This document shows, one piece after another, positions 54,023-63,771 of a stretch of DNA of 64,000 bases. The DNA comes from a virus: positions 64,001-128,000 of IMG/VR virus record IMGVR_UViG_3300045988_143931; one strand, written 5' to 3'. Below the pieces are notes generated by a model that searched no databases, was not told the origin of the DNA, and was given only the letters and a program-made list of their open reading frames with translations. Both the position numbers and the translations under genes were made by a program. Every line of letters begins with the position of its first letter. Within the stretch, counting starts at the first letter, position 1.

Positions 54023-54478
54023 ATGACGCTTCCATACGAAACAATTTTTTCACGAACAAGAGGACGAATTTCAGATCCGAAAGAACTTTATCTTGACGAA
54101 AACGATTTGCTTGAAATATATACAGAAAGATTGCATAACGTAATCTCCAATCCAAGAGTGCGTAGACTATTCTCTTCTCTTACACTCGATGACGAAATTC
54201 AACAGTTGTATTTTACGCTGAATAATTCAGTAGACGAAACGGCTGATATGAATTTTGTTGTAGGAATTCTTGTACTTGGAATGACGATTGAGTGGTTACA
54301 ACCACAGGTTGATTCTATTATGCACACATCAGTAATGATAGGTGGTAAAGAAGAAAAGAAGATACTTGATAATCATAAAAATATGATTGACCGTCTTGAT
54401 TCCATGAAAACTGAATTGAACAAACGCATTCGTGATTACGGATATATGTACAATTCTTATATCAATACGGAGTCCTAA
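54023..54478 (+). CDS. virion module protein (head-tail connector candidate)
   Basis: GGGAGG RBS; call based on position. Confidence 0.5.
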   Translation: MTLPYETIFSRTRGRISDPKELYLDENDLLEIYTERLHNVISNPRVRRLFSSLTLDDEIQQLYFTLNNSVDETADMNFVVGILVLGMTIEWLQPQVDSIMHTSVMIGGKEEKKILDNHKNMIDRLDSMKTELNKRIRDYGYMYNSYINTES

Positions 54479-54479
54479 T

Positions 54480-54845
54480 ATGCAATACATATATGGCAAC
54501 TTTACAGACAAGCAAATCAATGAAGCAGTTCGTGCAATGCATGGCGACATTCACAAACTACTGCTCTATAAAGACAAAACAATTGAAGAGAAAATATTTG
54601 AAGATGATGAAGCATTTCTCGTTTTCTTTGAAAACGTTATGTTTAAATTAGGTGGTACAAAAAATTTATTTAACGACAACGGACTTATGGTAACTCTTAT
54701 GGCAACTTTACAAGGTGCTATGGATAATTTCAAGAGTGACCATTTTAGTTACAAAAAATTCCGTAGGGCAATCTTAGATTCTCACGGATATATTAAGCAG
54801 ATGTTTGAGGGAGGTGTAAGCGATGCCGAGTCTACAAACAGCTAG
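54480..54845 (+). CDS. virion module protein
   Basis: Track ORF trimmed to MQYIYGNF. Confidence 0.5.
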   Translation: MQYIYGNFTDKQINEAVRAMHGDIHKLLLYKDKTIEEKIFEDDEAFLVFFENVMFKLGGTKNLFNDNGLMVTLMATLQGAMDNFKSDHFSYKKFRRAILDSHGYIKQMFEGGVSDAESTNS

Positions 54846-56088
54846 GCGTGTCGCAAACGCCAAGAACAACGGTGCTAAAACTATTGGTCAGATTTATAAG
54901 GAACAGTCTGACGACATGATGAATTGGACTTGGGACAATGATAAGCAGAGTAAAAAATGCTATATCTATGATTGGAAACATGACGATTCGCCAGATATAA
55001 ATGTTGGTATGACATATGAGAATACCACAAAGACACCGATTGATGCAAAGATACTTGTAAGTAAGTATGGTTCTATTGATAAGGACTCTCCTACTTTACA
55101 GTGTCAGTTTAGACCAAAACAGAAAGAATACTTTACAGAAGATGATGAGCTATTCTATATGGAAGAATACAGAAAGAAGTACCAATTAGTTGATATTTTT
55201 GTGGGGATGTTTTTGGATATTCCAGATAAAGATGGACTTTATCATAAACACTTAATCTGTATGAAAGATGTTGAACAGGACTTTCAGAAGTATTTCATTT
55301 TACCTTGCGATTATCTCTTGCAGTGGATTCAAACAAAAGCAGATAAAAGATATAAGAGAAGTATGTGGTGCGTTTTAAAATCACAGTCTAGTTACAACTC
55401 AGGAATTTGGGTAGATAACGTGACTGCAAGCCAACAGAATCAGGAACTTCTGTTTATTCCAACAAATGAAATATCTGATACCATCTATTATGTTTCTGAA
55501 GATAACAATAATAATCAACGACTCATTGTAGATATTCCAAATTACTCAATTGAAAATTGGACACCTAATACATGGGTGGTCAGCAAGGTGGAACGAGTAA
55601 ATGTTCGAGGAAGGACAAAACTTACTCTATATCAGAAACCATTCAACAACAATACTGATTACATCGAAAAAGATGAAAATGGTATTATAACAGGTCTTTG
55701 GGCTAACTATTTTGGTGGCACTGCCCCAATAGATCCATCTACTCCAATTACTCCCCCATCTTCTATCACAGCAAGAATTTCAGCATCCACTTCAACAATC
55801 AAAGTTGGTGGCAGCTATAAAAATCTCACAGTAAATCTATTCAATGATTCCAATGAAGATATTACAACTGAATATGCTGATGCAATCTTTACATGGACTT
55901 GCTCTATTGACGATGAAGATTGGACTGATAAAGTAACATGGCGAGCTGGTACACAGTATAACCAAAAGAAAGTAAAGTTTCATAATGACACTTTTACTAT
56001 CGGCAAAATACTGTCTGTTAAGTGCGAGATTATTAAGGATAACTTACCGATTGAATCTGAGATTTTGCCATTAGAATTAACTGAATAG
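54823..56088 (+). CDS. virion module protein with Ig-like C-terminal domain
   Basis: GAGGGAGG RBS. C-terminus ITARISASTSTIKVGGSYKNLTVNL...FTWTC is Ig/BIG-like. Confidence 0.55.
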   Translation: MPSLQTARRVANAKNNGAKTIGQIYKEQSDDMMNWTWDNDKQSKKCYIYDWKHDDSPDINVGMTYENTTKTPIDAKILVSKYGSIDKDSPTLQCQFRPKQKEYFTEDDELFYMEEYRKKYQLVDIFVGMFLDIPDKDGLYHKHLICMKDVEQDFQKYFILPCDYLLQWIQTKADKRYKRSMWCVLKSQSSYNSGIWVDNVTASQQNQELLFIPTNEISDTIYYVSEDNNNNQRLIVDIPNYSIENWTPNTWVVSKVERVNVRGRTKLTLYQKPFNNNTDYIEKDENGIITGLWANYFGGTAPIDPSTPITPPSSITARISASTSTIKVGGSYKNLTVNLFNDSNEDITTEYADAIFTWTCSIDDEDWTDKVTWRAGTQYNQKKVKFHNDTFTIGKILSVKCEIIKDNLPIESEILPLELTE

Positions 56089-56098
56089 GAGGTGTTTT

Positions 56099-56761
56099 AT
56101 GGCAGAAAAATTAGTTACAAAGAATGACCTGTTAAATAAACTTCGTGCATATAACAACACTCCTGACGATGAAAATATTTTATATAAAAAAAAAATAGAA
56201 AAGGCTTTGTTATCAAACCCTTGTTTACTTTATGCACTCAATGAAAAAACGTTAGAGTCTGAACTTTTTGATGATGATGGCAATATCAATTGGGAATGGA
56301 ATGAAGAAAAGAAGGAATACGAGCCTCTTGGAGAATGGGATAGATATTTTTCAGATACAGCAGGTGATGGAAATATACTTCCGTATTTATTTATTCCAGA
56401 CACTCAGACAAAAGTACGAAATTATATTTGTTATCAAGTAAGTTTTCAAGACACAGTTAGATATCAACCTGGATTAAAAGAAACGTTGGTTACTTTTACT
56501 ATTTTTGTTCATGGCAATGATAGGATGGATAAATTAACAGGTATTCCAAGACACGATCTTATTGCTTCTATTATAAGAGAACGATTTGCATGGTCAAATG
56601 TATTTGGGATGCAAACGCACATTATATCAAATCGTGAATCTACTACGGATAACAATTACGTTGTACGTACTCTTGTGTTCCAACTTACAGATTTAAATAG
56701 TAAGGTTCAGACACCTTATGGTGGACAATCACAGATGATGAACTATCAGTTAAGGCGGTGA
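56099..56761 (+). CDS. virion module protein
   Basis: TAGGAGG RBS. Confidence 0.55.
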   Translation: MAEKLVTKNDLLNKLRAYNNTPDDENILYKKKIEKALLSNPCLLYALNEKTLESELFDDDGNINWEWNEEKKEYEPLGEWDRYFSDTAGDGNILPYLFIPDTQTKVRNYICYQVSFQDTVRYQPGLKETLVTFTIFVHGNDRMDKLTGIPRHDLIASIIRERFAWSNVFGMQTHIISNRESTTDNNYVVRTLVFQLTDLNSKVQTPYGGQSQMMNYQLRR

Positions 56762-56765
56762 TATT

Positions 56766-57602
56766 ATGGCACAGCAAGATACTGATATGTTAGACGGGCT
56801 TCAAGCTGCTGTCATAGCCGAAGCCCAAAAGAAAAAAGAGAATACACAAGAATATAAATTTGATTCACTTAAAATGTATTTTAAAGAAGATTACTTTGTT
56901 AAGGGTATTCGCATTGTGCAACCGACTATAGGCAATATTCTCAATATCGGTGAGTCAAAATTTTATTCTGGTCTTTCGCCTTTTCTGTACAATTCTACTT
57001 CTATTCGTGTAATGTTATGGGATTTACCTCAACGAATAGATTGGTGTAAAGTAAAAGATATCGAAGTGTTTGGAATGTTAAAAAGCACAACAAATACTGA
57101 TAATTCTGCAATTCAATTATTATTTCCAGATTATAGAATTGAACATATGCAGTTAATGCAGTTTCAAGAAAAAGATTCTGACAAACCTCAGTTATGCTTA
57201 TATGATTCTGAAAATAATTTTATTTTAAAAGAATCTGAATATATGGAAATAGCAGAATATATTAGAACTCTGCTTAATATACACCCAAAAATAGAAAAAG
57301 CAAAAGGTAAAACAACAAAACAATGGATGATAGATGAAGATAGAATGAATATGGCACAGCAAGAAGTTAAAAATTCTTCTACTCTTTTACCTCTTATATC
57401 AGCGTGTATCAATCATCCTGGTTTTAAGTATAAATTACAGGAATTAAGAGATGTTGGGATTTATGAATTTATGGATTCTGTTCAAAGATTGCAGATATAT
57501 GAATCTACCCATGCACTTATGAGTGGAATGTATAGCGGTTTTTGTGATACATCTAAAATTTCAAAAGAACAATTTAATTTCATGCGTGAAATACATGAAT
57601 AA
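56766..57602 (+). CDS. virion module protein
   Basis: Track ORF. Confidence 0.55.
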   Translation: MAQQDTDMLDGLQAAVIAEAQKKKENTQEYKFDSLKMYFKEDYFVKGIRIVQPTIGNILNIGESKFYSGLSPFLYNSTSIRVMLWDLPQRIDWCKVKDIEVFGMLKSTTNTDNSAIQLLFPDYRIEHMQLMQFQEKDSDKPQLCLYDSENNFILKESEYMEIAEYIRTLLNIHPKIEKAKGKTTKQWMIDEDRMNMAQQEVKNSSTLLPLISACINHPGFKYKLQELRDVGIYEFMDSVQRLQIYESTHALMSGMYSGFCDTSKISKEQFNFMREIHE

Positions 57603-57610
57603 ACAAGATT

Positions 57611-57636
57611 AGAGCGATTTGTATCGCTCTTTTTTA
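57611..57636 (+). terminator. intrinsic terminator/attenuator
   Basis: AGAGCGAT/ATCGCTCT stem then TTTTT. Confidence 0.7.
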
Positions 57637-57673
57637 ATACAAAAAAAATAAAATTTAAGGAGGAATTTAGATT

Positions 57674-58465
57674 ATGGCATTTAAGTTAGGTGACGTAATT
57701 ATTGACCGTCTTCAGTTCGGTTATGGTGCTACAAAGACTAAAGCTCTTTATGCACTGACACAGTTGACAAATGCAACTATTGATATCACTGCTGATTCAA
57801 CAGATATCAAAGATAAAGATGGTAACTTGATTTATAGAAAGTATTCAGGTAAGAGTGGTGAAGTTACTGCTACTAATGCATTCATGAACCTTTCTGTAAT
57901 TGAAGCTATTTCTGCTCAAGATGCTGAGATTGCTTCTGATTCTAATACAATTGTTATGCCTATTTTTAAGATTGTAAAAGCAGGTGAAACACTTGATATT
58001 ACAGATGCTGTTGAGGATTCATTTATTGTAAATGCACTTTCAGCGAATGGTTCACTTGGAAAGGCTTATACAAAAGGTTCTGCTGTTTCTGCGACAGAAT
58101 TCAAAGTAGACACAGAAACAGAACACAAACTTACACCACCATCAGATCCAGAGGAAACACAGTATCTTATTAAGTTCAAGAAAAATGTTAAGAGTGGTGC
58201 TAAACTTACAATTTCTGGTGATAAATATCCAAAGGCACATGAGTTATACTTCAAGGCTCTTGCGGTTGATAAATGTGAAATTGGAAGCTATCGTGGTTGT
58301 ATTATTCATATTTCATCATTCATGCCAAGTCCAGAAGTAAGTCTTGCACTTCAGGGTGGAGATTCACAGACAATGGATTATAAGGGTGCAATCCTTACAA
58401 ATGCATGTTCTACATCTCAGGATATGGTTGAAATCTACTTTGTAGACGAAGAAGAGGAAGTCTAA
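57674..58465 (+). CDS. major tail (tube) protein candidate
   Basis: 263 aa, strong AAGGAGG RBS, bracketed by terminators, Thr/Ser/Ala-rich beta-type sequence. Positional call only. Confidence 0.4.
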   Translation: MAFKLGDVIIDRLQFGYGATKTKALYALTQLTNATIDITADSTDIKDKDGNLIYRKYSGKSGEVTATNAFMNLSVIEAISAQDAEIASDSNTIVMPIFKIVKAGETLDITDAVEDSFIVNALSANGSLGKAYTKGSAVSATEFKVDTETEHKLTPPSDPEETQYLIKFKKNVKSGAKLTISGDKYPKAHELYFKALAVDKCEIGSYRGCIIHISSFMPSPEVSLALQGGDSQTMDYKGAILTNACSTSQDMVEIYFVDEEEEV

Positions 58466-58489
58466 TCTTTATACAACCAAAACATATTT

Positions 58490-58520
58490 AGAAGAGTGGT
58501 CTTCCACTCTTCTATTATAT
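58490..58520 (+). terminator. intrinsic terminator/attenuator
   Basis: 10-bp stem AGAAGAGTGG/CCACTCTTCT. Confidence 0.6.
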
Positions 58521-58535
58521 TAAGGAGATGAATGA

Positions 58536-58913
58536 ATGAGCAAGAATGATTTAAGAATGTGCTGCGTTTGTCATGAGGAGTATTCATTTTGCCCAGTTTG
58601 TAATCCAGAAGACAGATTAAAACCCACATGGCATTTTGCTTATTGTAGTGAAAATTGCAAAGACATTTACAATATTACTTCTTCATTTGAAGATGGACGC
58701 ATGACAGATATTGAAGCAAAAGCAAAATTAGAAAAACTCGATTTAAGCAAAAAAGAATATTTGGGTGAAAGTTATCAAAATTCTATTGCTTCAATTATGA
58801 AGGCAAAAACACAAGTTATTAAGAAAGAAAATAAAAAGGCAGAAGTTAAATCTGTCAAAAAGGATATTGTTACGAAAGTCGAAAACGAGGCTGAAAGTGA
58901 TGTTGAACAGTGA
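58536..58913 (+). CDS. zinc-finger protein with basic tail
   Basis: CCVCHEEYSFCPVCN...YCSENC; AAGGAG RBS. Confidence 0.6.
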   Translation: MSKNDLRMCCVCHEEYSFCPVCNPEDRLKPTWHFAYCSENCKDIYNITSSFEDGRMTDIEAKAKLEKLDLSKKEYLGESYQNSIASIMKAKTQVIKKENKKAEVKSVKKDIVTKVENEAESDVEQ

Positions 58914-58926
58914 TTTTGAAAACTCT

Positions 58927-58975
58927 ATAGGGGAATATAACATTACTGTTTAATGCTATATTCCCCTATTTTTTA
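58927..58975 (+). terminator. intrinsic terminator
   Basis: 13-bp stem ATAGGGGAATATA/TATATTCCCCTAT then TTTTT. Confidence 0.7.
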
Positions 58976-59003
58976 CGAATATTGTATGGAATGAAAGGAT
59001 AAT

Positions 59004-59225
59004 ATGGTTAAAACAAATTTAAAACCGAGGGATTATTTACCACATGAGGCAGTTAGAATTGTTAATCCCAAACAGTCTCTTCTTTATATAAAGAATGGTG
59101 TGTATCCTATAGATATGTATGTAAGTATTGATGATAAAACAAATAATTCAATTCTTGCAATGGTATTTTTAAAAGAAGACACCGCTGATGTATATAAAAA
59201 GTGGTGCAATTATGAATTAGATTAG
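59004..59225 (+). CDS. hypothetical protein
   Basis: Track ORF; GAAAGGA RBS. Confidence 0.55.
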   Translation: MVKTNLKPRDYLPHEAVRIVNPKQSLLYIKNGVYPIDMYVSIDDKTNNSILAMVFLKEDTADVYKKWCNYELD

Positions 59226-59236
59226 GTGGTGATTGA

Positions 59237-60343
59237 ATGTATTTAGATAATGCAGCGACAACTCCATTAAAATCGGAAGTTAAGGATTATATTATATCTC
59301 TTTTTGACACATACCAGAATCCATCGTCAATGTATCAATCTGGTGTTAATGTAAAACAAATAATTACCACAGCACGAAATAATGTCGCCAAATTCATCAA
59401 TGCAAATCCAGAAAATATTATTTTTACATCGGGCGGTTCAGCCAACAATACGCTTTTTATTAAAGGTTATACTCAGAGAAATGAATGTAGAGTGTTATAC
59501 TCTCCTACTTCACATAAATCGGTGCTGAAGTGTGTAGAATCACTTAAATATAAGTGTTCACTTAAAGTTGATTATACAGGAAAAATTGATCTTCAAGATC
59601 TTAAAGAATGTTTATCTATAGATACAATGAAGAAGCTTGTAGTTATAGAACATGCTAACTCTGAGATTGGAACAATTCAAGATATAAAACAGATTATTGA
59701 AATGTGTCATTTTTATAACGCAATAGTCTATGTAGATTGTACAGGTTCTATTAGTCAAATCCCTGTAGATATAAGAACTTTAGATGTTGATGGTTTGGGG
59801 TTTTCCGCACATAAGCTTTCAGCTCTAAAGGGCGTAGGTATTTTATATAAGAAGAAACATATCGAACTTGAACCACTTATATATGGTTCACAAGAACAAG
59901 GGTTGTTTGGTGGTACTGAAAATGTAATAGGTATAGCCGCACTTGGTAAGGCAGTTGAGAATTATGATTACTCTTCTATTACATCTAATAATCGTAATTA
60001 TATCTATAATAACATTAAAAATAATATTCCAGATTCATATTTGGTTGGAGCTGATTTGAAGCATAGATTACCACATAATCTATACATATGTTTTAAAGGA
60101 ATACAAGCTGAATCATTGATGATATTACTTGATATGAATGGGTATCAAGTATCAACTGGAAGTGCTTGTACAAGTGGCGATTTAACACCATCTTCTACTC
60201 TATTGGCTATTAAAATGAATAATGGAGATATAAATAGTTGTATAAGAATTACATTAAGTGGTAAAGAAGAGATTACTGAACTGAATACGTTTTGTGAAGT
60301 ATTGAAGAGGTGTATAGAAACATTAAGACAAATGAATAAATAA
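59237..60343 (+). CDS. cysteine desulfurase (NifS/IscS class V aminotransferase)
   Basis: N-terminal MYLDNAATTP, PLP-lysine motif FSAHKLSALKGVGILY, active-site loop STGSACTSG. Confidence 0.85.
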   Translation: MYLDNAATTPLKSEVKDYIISLFDTYQNPSSMYQSGVNVKQIITTARNNVAKFINANPENIIFTSGGSANNTLFIKGYTQRNECRVLYSPTSHKSVLKCVESLKYKCSLKVDYTGKIDLQDLKECLSIDTMKKLVVIEHANSEIGTIQDIKQIIEMCHFYNAIVYVDCTGSISQIPVDIRTLDVDGLGFSAHKLSALKGVGILYKKKHIELEPLIYGSQEQGLFGGTENVIGIAALGKAVENYDYSSITSNNRNYIYNNIKNNIPDSYLVGADLKHRLPHNLYICFKGIQAESLMILLDMNGYQVSTGSACTSGDLTPSSTLLAIKMNNGDINSCIRITLSGKEEITELNTFCEVLKRCIETLRQMNK

Positions 60344-60363
60344 AAATAAGGAGGAAATAAATT

Positions 60364-60735
60364 ATGAAGGAAGTTTTTCAAAATATAAATTGGTTAGAAC
60401 TTTTATCTGCAATCTGGACAATTGTTCTTGTTCCAATATTAACAAAAATATATTCTTATTTTAAAGATAAGAAACTTGATAAGTATGTAGATATTCTTTA
60501 TAGCGAAGTAAAGAAGGCTGTTAAATCTGTATATGAAACAGAAGTTAAAGATATTAAGGGTACTGCCGATTGGACACCCGAAAAACAGGCAGAAGTTAAG
60601 GCTGTTGCCAAGGAAAAGGCTATTCAAGCACTTAATACGATAGTATACAAGACACTTAAGGAAGCTAATACAGATTTTGATTCATATTTAGATAGTCTCA
60701 TAGGTACGGCTTTATACGATGTAAAGCACGAATAA
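60364..60735 (+). CDS. membrane-anchored protein, holin-like candidate
   Basis: Single N-terminal TM (LELLSAIWTIVLVPILT) and a charged C-terminus. Lies upstream of the endolysin. Confidence 0.4.
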   Translation: MKEVFQNINWLELLSAIWTIVLVPILTKIYSYFKDKKLDKYVDILYSEVKKAVKSVYETEVKDIKGTADWTPEKQAEVKAVAKEKAIQALNTIVYKTLKEANTDFDSYLDSLIGTALYDVKHE

Positions 60736-60749
60736 AGGAGACTATATGA

Positions 60750-61223
60750 ATGGGAGCAATAGAAAGATTAGCTGATATAGATTATGTATTAGTAATACTT
60801 GGATTTTTTGCTGTGCTATTTGCGGCAAAGGAAATTATAGAAATATTTGGTTATTTTAAGAAGAAATGGCGTATTAAGACTGGGATTGAACAAGATAAAG
60901 AAACATTAGAAAGCAGAATAAAAACACTTGAAAAACATGATAATTGGCAGTATCAAGAAATTCAGAAAATATCTAAAGGTATTGATGATATTAAAGATAA
61001 TCTTGTAAAAAGAGAACTAAAGGATAAAGAAGAAACAGTTGCTACTCTTAGAGGACAATTATATGGACTTCATGAAAAATTTGTAACGAAGGGATTTATT
61101 GATAAATCTGGATTAAAAACATTTATTGAGCTTGGTAAAATATATGAAGCTGCTGGAGGCGATGATATTTACCATGATAAGTTATATCCTGAAATTATGG
61201 CTTTGCCAATTAAAGAAGATTAA
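60750..61223 (+). CDS. membrane-anchored coiled-coil protein, holin-like (BhlA-type architecture) candidate
   Basis: N-terminal TM (YVLVILGFFAVLFAA) then a coiled coil. Confidence 0.4.
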   Translation: MGAIERLADIDYVLVILGFFAVLFAAKEIIEIFGYFKKKWRIKTGIEQDKETLESRIKTLEKHDNWQYQEIQKISKGIDDIKDNLVKRELKDKEETVATLRGQLYGLHEKFVTKGFIDKSGLKTFIELGKIYEAAGGDDIYHDKLYPEIMALPIKED

Positions 61224-61310
61224 TTTTTATAATATCACATATTTGGTAAACTTTGCTTAACATATATTTATGTATAATACTCATATAAAATAAATTATTG
61301 GAAATACTTT

Positions 61311-61514
61311 ATGTATATGAAGAACAAAGTTGATGAATATCGTTGTAAACAAAATATGACATTACAGCAATTATCAGAAAGAACAGGTATTTCAAGAACC
61401 ACTCTTTCAAAAATTGTAAATAATCAAACAAATGATATTTTATTAAGTCATGCAATCACCTTATCTCGTGTACTTAAAGTAAATCTATATGAATTATTCT
61501 GTATACAGAAATAA
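61311..61514 (+). CDS. XRE-family helix-turn-helix regulator
   Basis: MTLQQLSERTGISRTTLSKIVNNQ is a canonical HTH_3 core. Confidence 0.8.
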   Translation: MYMKNKVDEYRCKQNMTLQQLSERTGISRTTLSKIVNNQTNDILLSHAITLSRVLKVNLYELFCIQK

Positions 61515-61527
61515 TGGAGGAATGTTT

Positions 61528-61698
61528 ATGACATATTTTAATTTAATTTGCGAAGAATTATGTATAACTGGAGGAAAGGTTATATATATTGATACCAATG
61601 TTAGAACTCTTGAAGAAGTACATAAGATAGTAACTGATAATGCTGAAAAATATCCAAAAGGAAAATGGGAATTATACCCTATGCAAATAATAATTTAA
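61528..61698 (+). CDS. hypothetical small protein
   Basis: Track ORF trimmed to MTYFNLICEE (TGGAGG RBS). Confidence 0.5.
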   Translation: MTYFNLICEELCITGGKVIYIDTNVRTLEEVHKIVTDNAEKYPKGKWELYPMQIII

Positions 61699-61727
61699 TA
61701 ACAAACAATTAAATAGAAACATTTAAT

Positions 61728-61765
61728 AAGAACGAGCTAAATTTTGACTCGTTCTTTTATTTTGT
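61728..61765 (+). terminator. intrinsic terminator
   Basis: AAGAACGAG/CTCGTTCTT stem then TTTATTTT. Confidence 0.65.
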
Positions 61766-61785
61766 CTAAAAATAAAGGAGGAACT

Positions 61786-63129
61786 ATGGCTTATAGAATT
61801 ATAGATGTATCAGATAATAATGGACAGCTTGATTGGGATACAATTAAGTCAAGTATTAATGGTGCAATTATCAGAATTGGGTTTGGTTCAGATTATGAAA
61901 ATCAGGATGATTCACAGGCTATTAGAAATATGCAGGAATGTGAAAGACTTGGCATCCCTTATGGTGTGTACATATATTCTTATTGTCTTAATATAGAAGA
62001 AACAAGAAGTGAAGCAGCTCATATATTAAGAATAATTCAGGGATTTAATCCTGTTCTTGGTGTATGGTTCGACATGGAAGACGCTGATGGGTATAAAAGA
62101 AATCATGGTCTTGTTCCCGAACAAAATGGTGAACTTCTCACAGATTTTTGTGTAGATTTCATGCAGATTGTTAAGGATGCAGGATACAAAACGGGTGTTT
62201 ACGCAAATTATAGTTATTTTACCAATGTATTAAACGATGGTAAATTAATGTCTTTTGAAGGATTTAACAGATGGCTTGCACATTGGGGAATAGATGAACC
62301 TTCGATGGATTGTCTGTTGTGGCAATATACATCAGATGGTTATATTGAGGGAATTTCATACTATACAGAAACACCTGTATATGATGATAATGGTGTTCCA
62401 ACAGGTGAGACGACAACAGAACTTCATCATAGATTTGATATGAATTATTATTATGGAGAATTACCTAATGTTGAACCAGTTATTCCATCTGAACCAACTG
62501 AAGATAACTCGGAATCAGATGATATTGAAACAAAATATCATGTAGGAGATTATGTGTCATATCATACAATTTATGCGTCTTCTACTTCCGAAAATGGATT
62601 AACACCTTCAATTACAGAAGGCACAATTACTAATATCATTGCATCTGCAAGAAATCCATATCTTATTAACGATGGTACAGGATGGATTAATGATAATTGT
62701 ATTGTTGAAAATAATGATAAAAATACTTCTGAACCAGAATCTCCTGATATAAAAGAATCTACAGGTCTTGCTCATTCTATTGGCGAATATGTCACATATT
62801 CAGCACTCTTTGCTTCTTCAGCTTCCGAAGAACCACTTAATCCACTTTATACAGATGGAACTATTACAGCTATCGCTGAAGGTGCGAGAAATCCATATCT
62901 TATTGAAAATGGTAGGGGTTGGGTAAATGACTCTGTTATTAATGGTAGTTCTACGCCAGAAGACAATTATGAAGAACCATCTTATGATACATATGAAGTT
63001 GAAAGCGGAGATTGTCTTTCAGCCATTGGTGATAAGCTTGGTGTAGATTGGTATTCTATTGCAGAAGCTAATGGTATCGGAGAACCATATACTATTTATC
63101 CAGGTCAATCTCTTATTATACCTAGATAG
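61786..63129 (+). CDS. endolysin: GH25 muramidase + 2 SH3-like repeats + LysM
   Basis: N-terminus IIDVSDNNGQLDWDTIK...GAIIRIGFG is GH25-like. Two ~55-aa repeats (GDYVSYHTIYASS...ARNPYLINDGTGWIND and GEYVTYSALFASS...ARNPYLIENGRGWVND). C-terminal LysM YEVESGDCLSAIGDKLGVDWYSIAEANGI...IYPGQSLIIP. Start at MAYRII (AAAGGAGG). Confidence 0.85.
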   Translation: MAYRIIDVSDNNGQLDWDTIKSSINGAIIRIGFGSDYENQDDSQAIRNMQECERLGIPYGVYIYSYCLNIEETRSEAAHILRIIQGFNPVLGVWFDMEDADGYKRNHGLVPEQNGELLTDFCVDFMQIVKDAGYKTGVYANYSYFTNVLNDGKLMSFEGFNRWLAHWGIDEPSMDCLLWQYTSDGYIEGISYYTETPVYDDNGVPTGETTTELHHRFDMNYYYGELPNVEPVIPSEPTEDNSESDDIETKYHVGDYVSYHTIYASSTSENGLTPSITEGTITNIIASARNPYLINDGTGWINDNCIVENNDKNTSEPESPDIKESTGLAHSIGEYVTYSALFASSASEEPLNPLYTDGTITAIAEGARNPYLIENGRGWVNDSVINGSSTPEDNYEEPSYDTYEVESGDCLSAIGDKLGVDWYSIAEANGIGEPYTIYPGQSLIIPR

Positions 63130-63260
63130 TATACTAATAATAAAGAAAGTGTGGTTTCATAGTAATTTTTGAAGCCACACTTATTTTTCAAAAAATTATA
63201 AATACACATTCAAAATGTCTTTACTACTATCTAGCCATGTAGTAAGGGCATTTTATTTAT

Positions 63261-63755
63261 ATGGAGAGTGTGTGGCTAGACCACTCTCCTGCCCCCTTAA
63301 TTAAGAAAGGAATGAAAGATATAGAAATTATTGATTTGATTTTAAACCAAGATGTATTGGAGAAATATAATAAATATTATTTCAAACAACATCCTAAAGC
63401 AAGGAAAATTCCTATTGAAAGACCAATGCACCCCTCGATCAACACATGGATGATATTACCAAGAATACAGATGAATCAACTTAAACAAAAATGGAAAGAT
63501 TTTATTGTTTTTTGGATAAAGGACTTAGGTTTACAAGATAAACACTTAGAGTCTTTTGAGATGATATTTACCACTTATATGCCGACAAAAAGGCGTGTGG
63601 ATTGTGATAACACAGTTCCTAAATTTATCCTAGATGGATTTAGTGAATCAGGTTTTATTATTGATGACGATGGGAAGCATTTACATTCTCTTACATTAAA
63701 AACAGGATATGATAAGGATAATCCAAGAACGGAAATAAAAATTATAGTGAAATAA
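63261..63755 (+). CDS. rusA: RusA-family Holliday junction resolvase
   Basis: PTKRRVDCDNTVPKFILDGFSESGFIIDDDGKHL matches the RusA D.DN..K..lD.l...g...DD motif. The start codon is uncertain. Confidence 0.7.
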   Translation: MESVWLDHSPAPLIKKGMKDIEIIDLILNQDVLEKYNKYYFKQHPKARKIPIERPMHPSINTWMILPRIQMNQLKQKWKDFIVFWIKDLGLQDKHLESFEMIFTTYMPTKRRVDCDNTVPKFILDGFSESGFIIDDDGKHLHSLTLKTGYDKDNPRTEIKIIVK

Positions 63756-63771
63756 AGGAGAATATTAAGAT

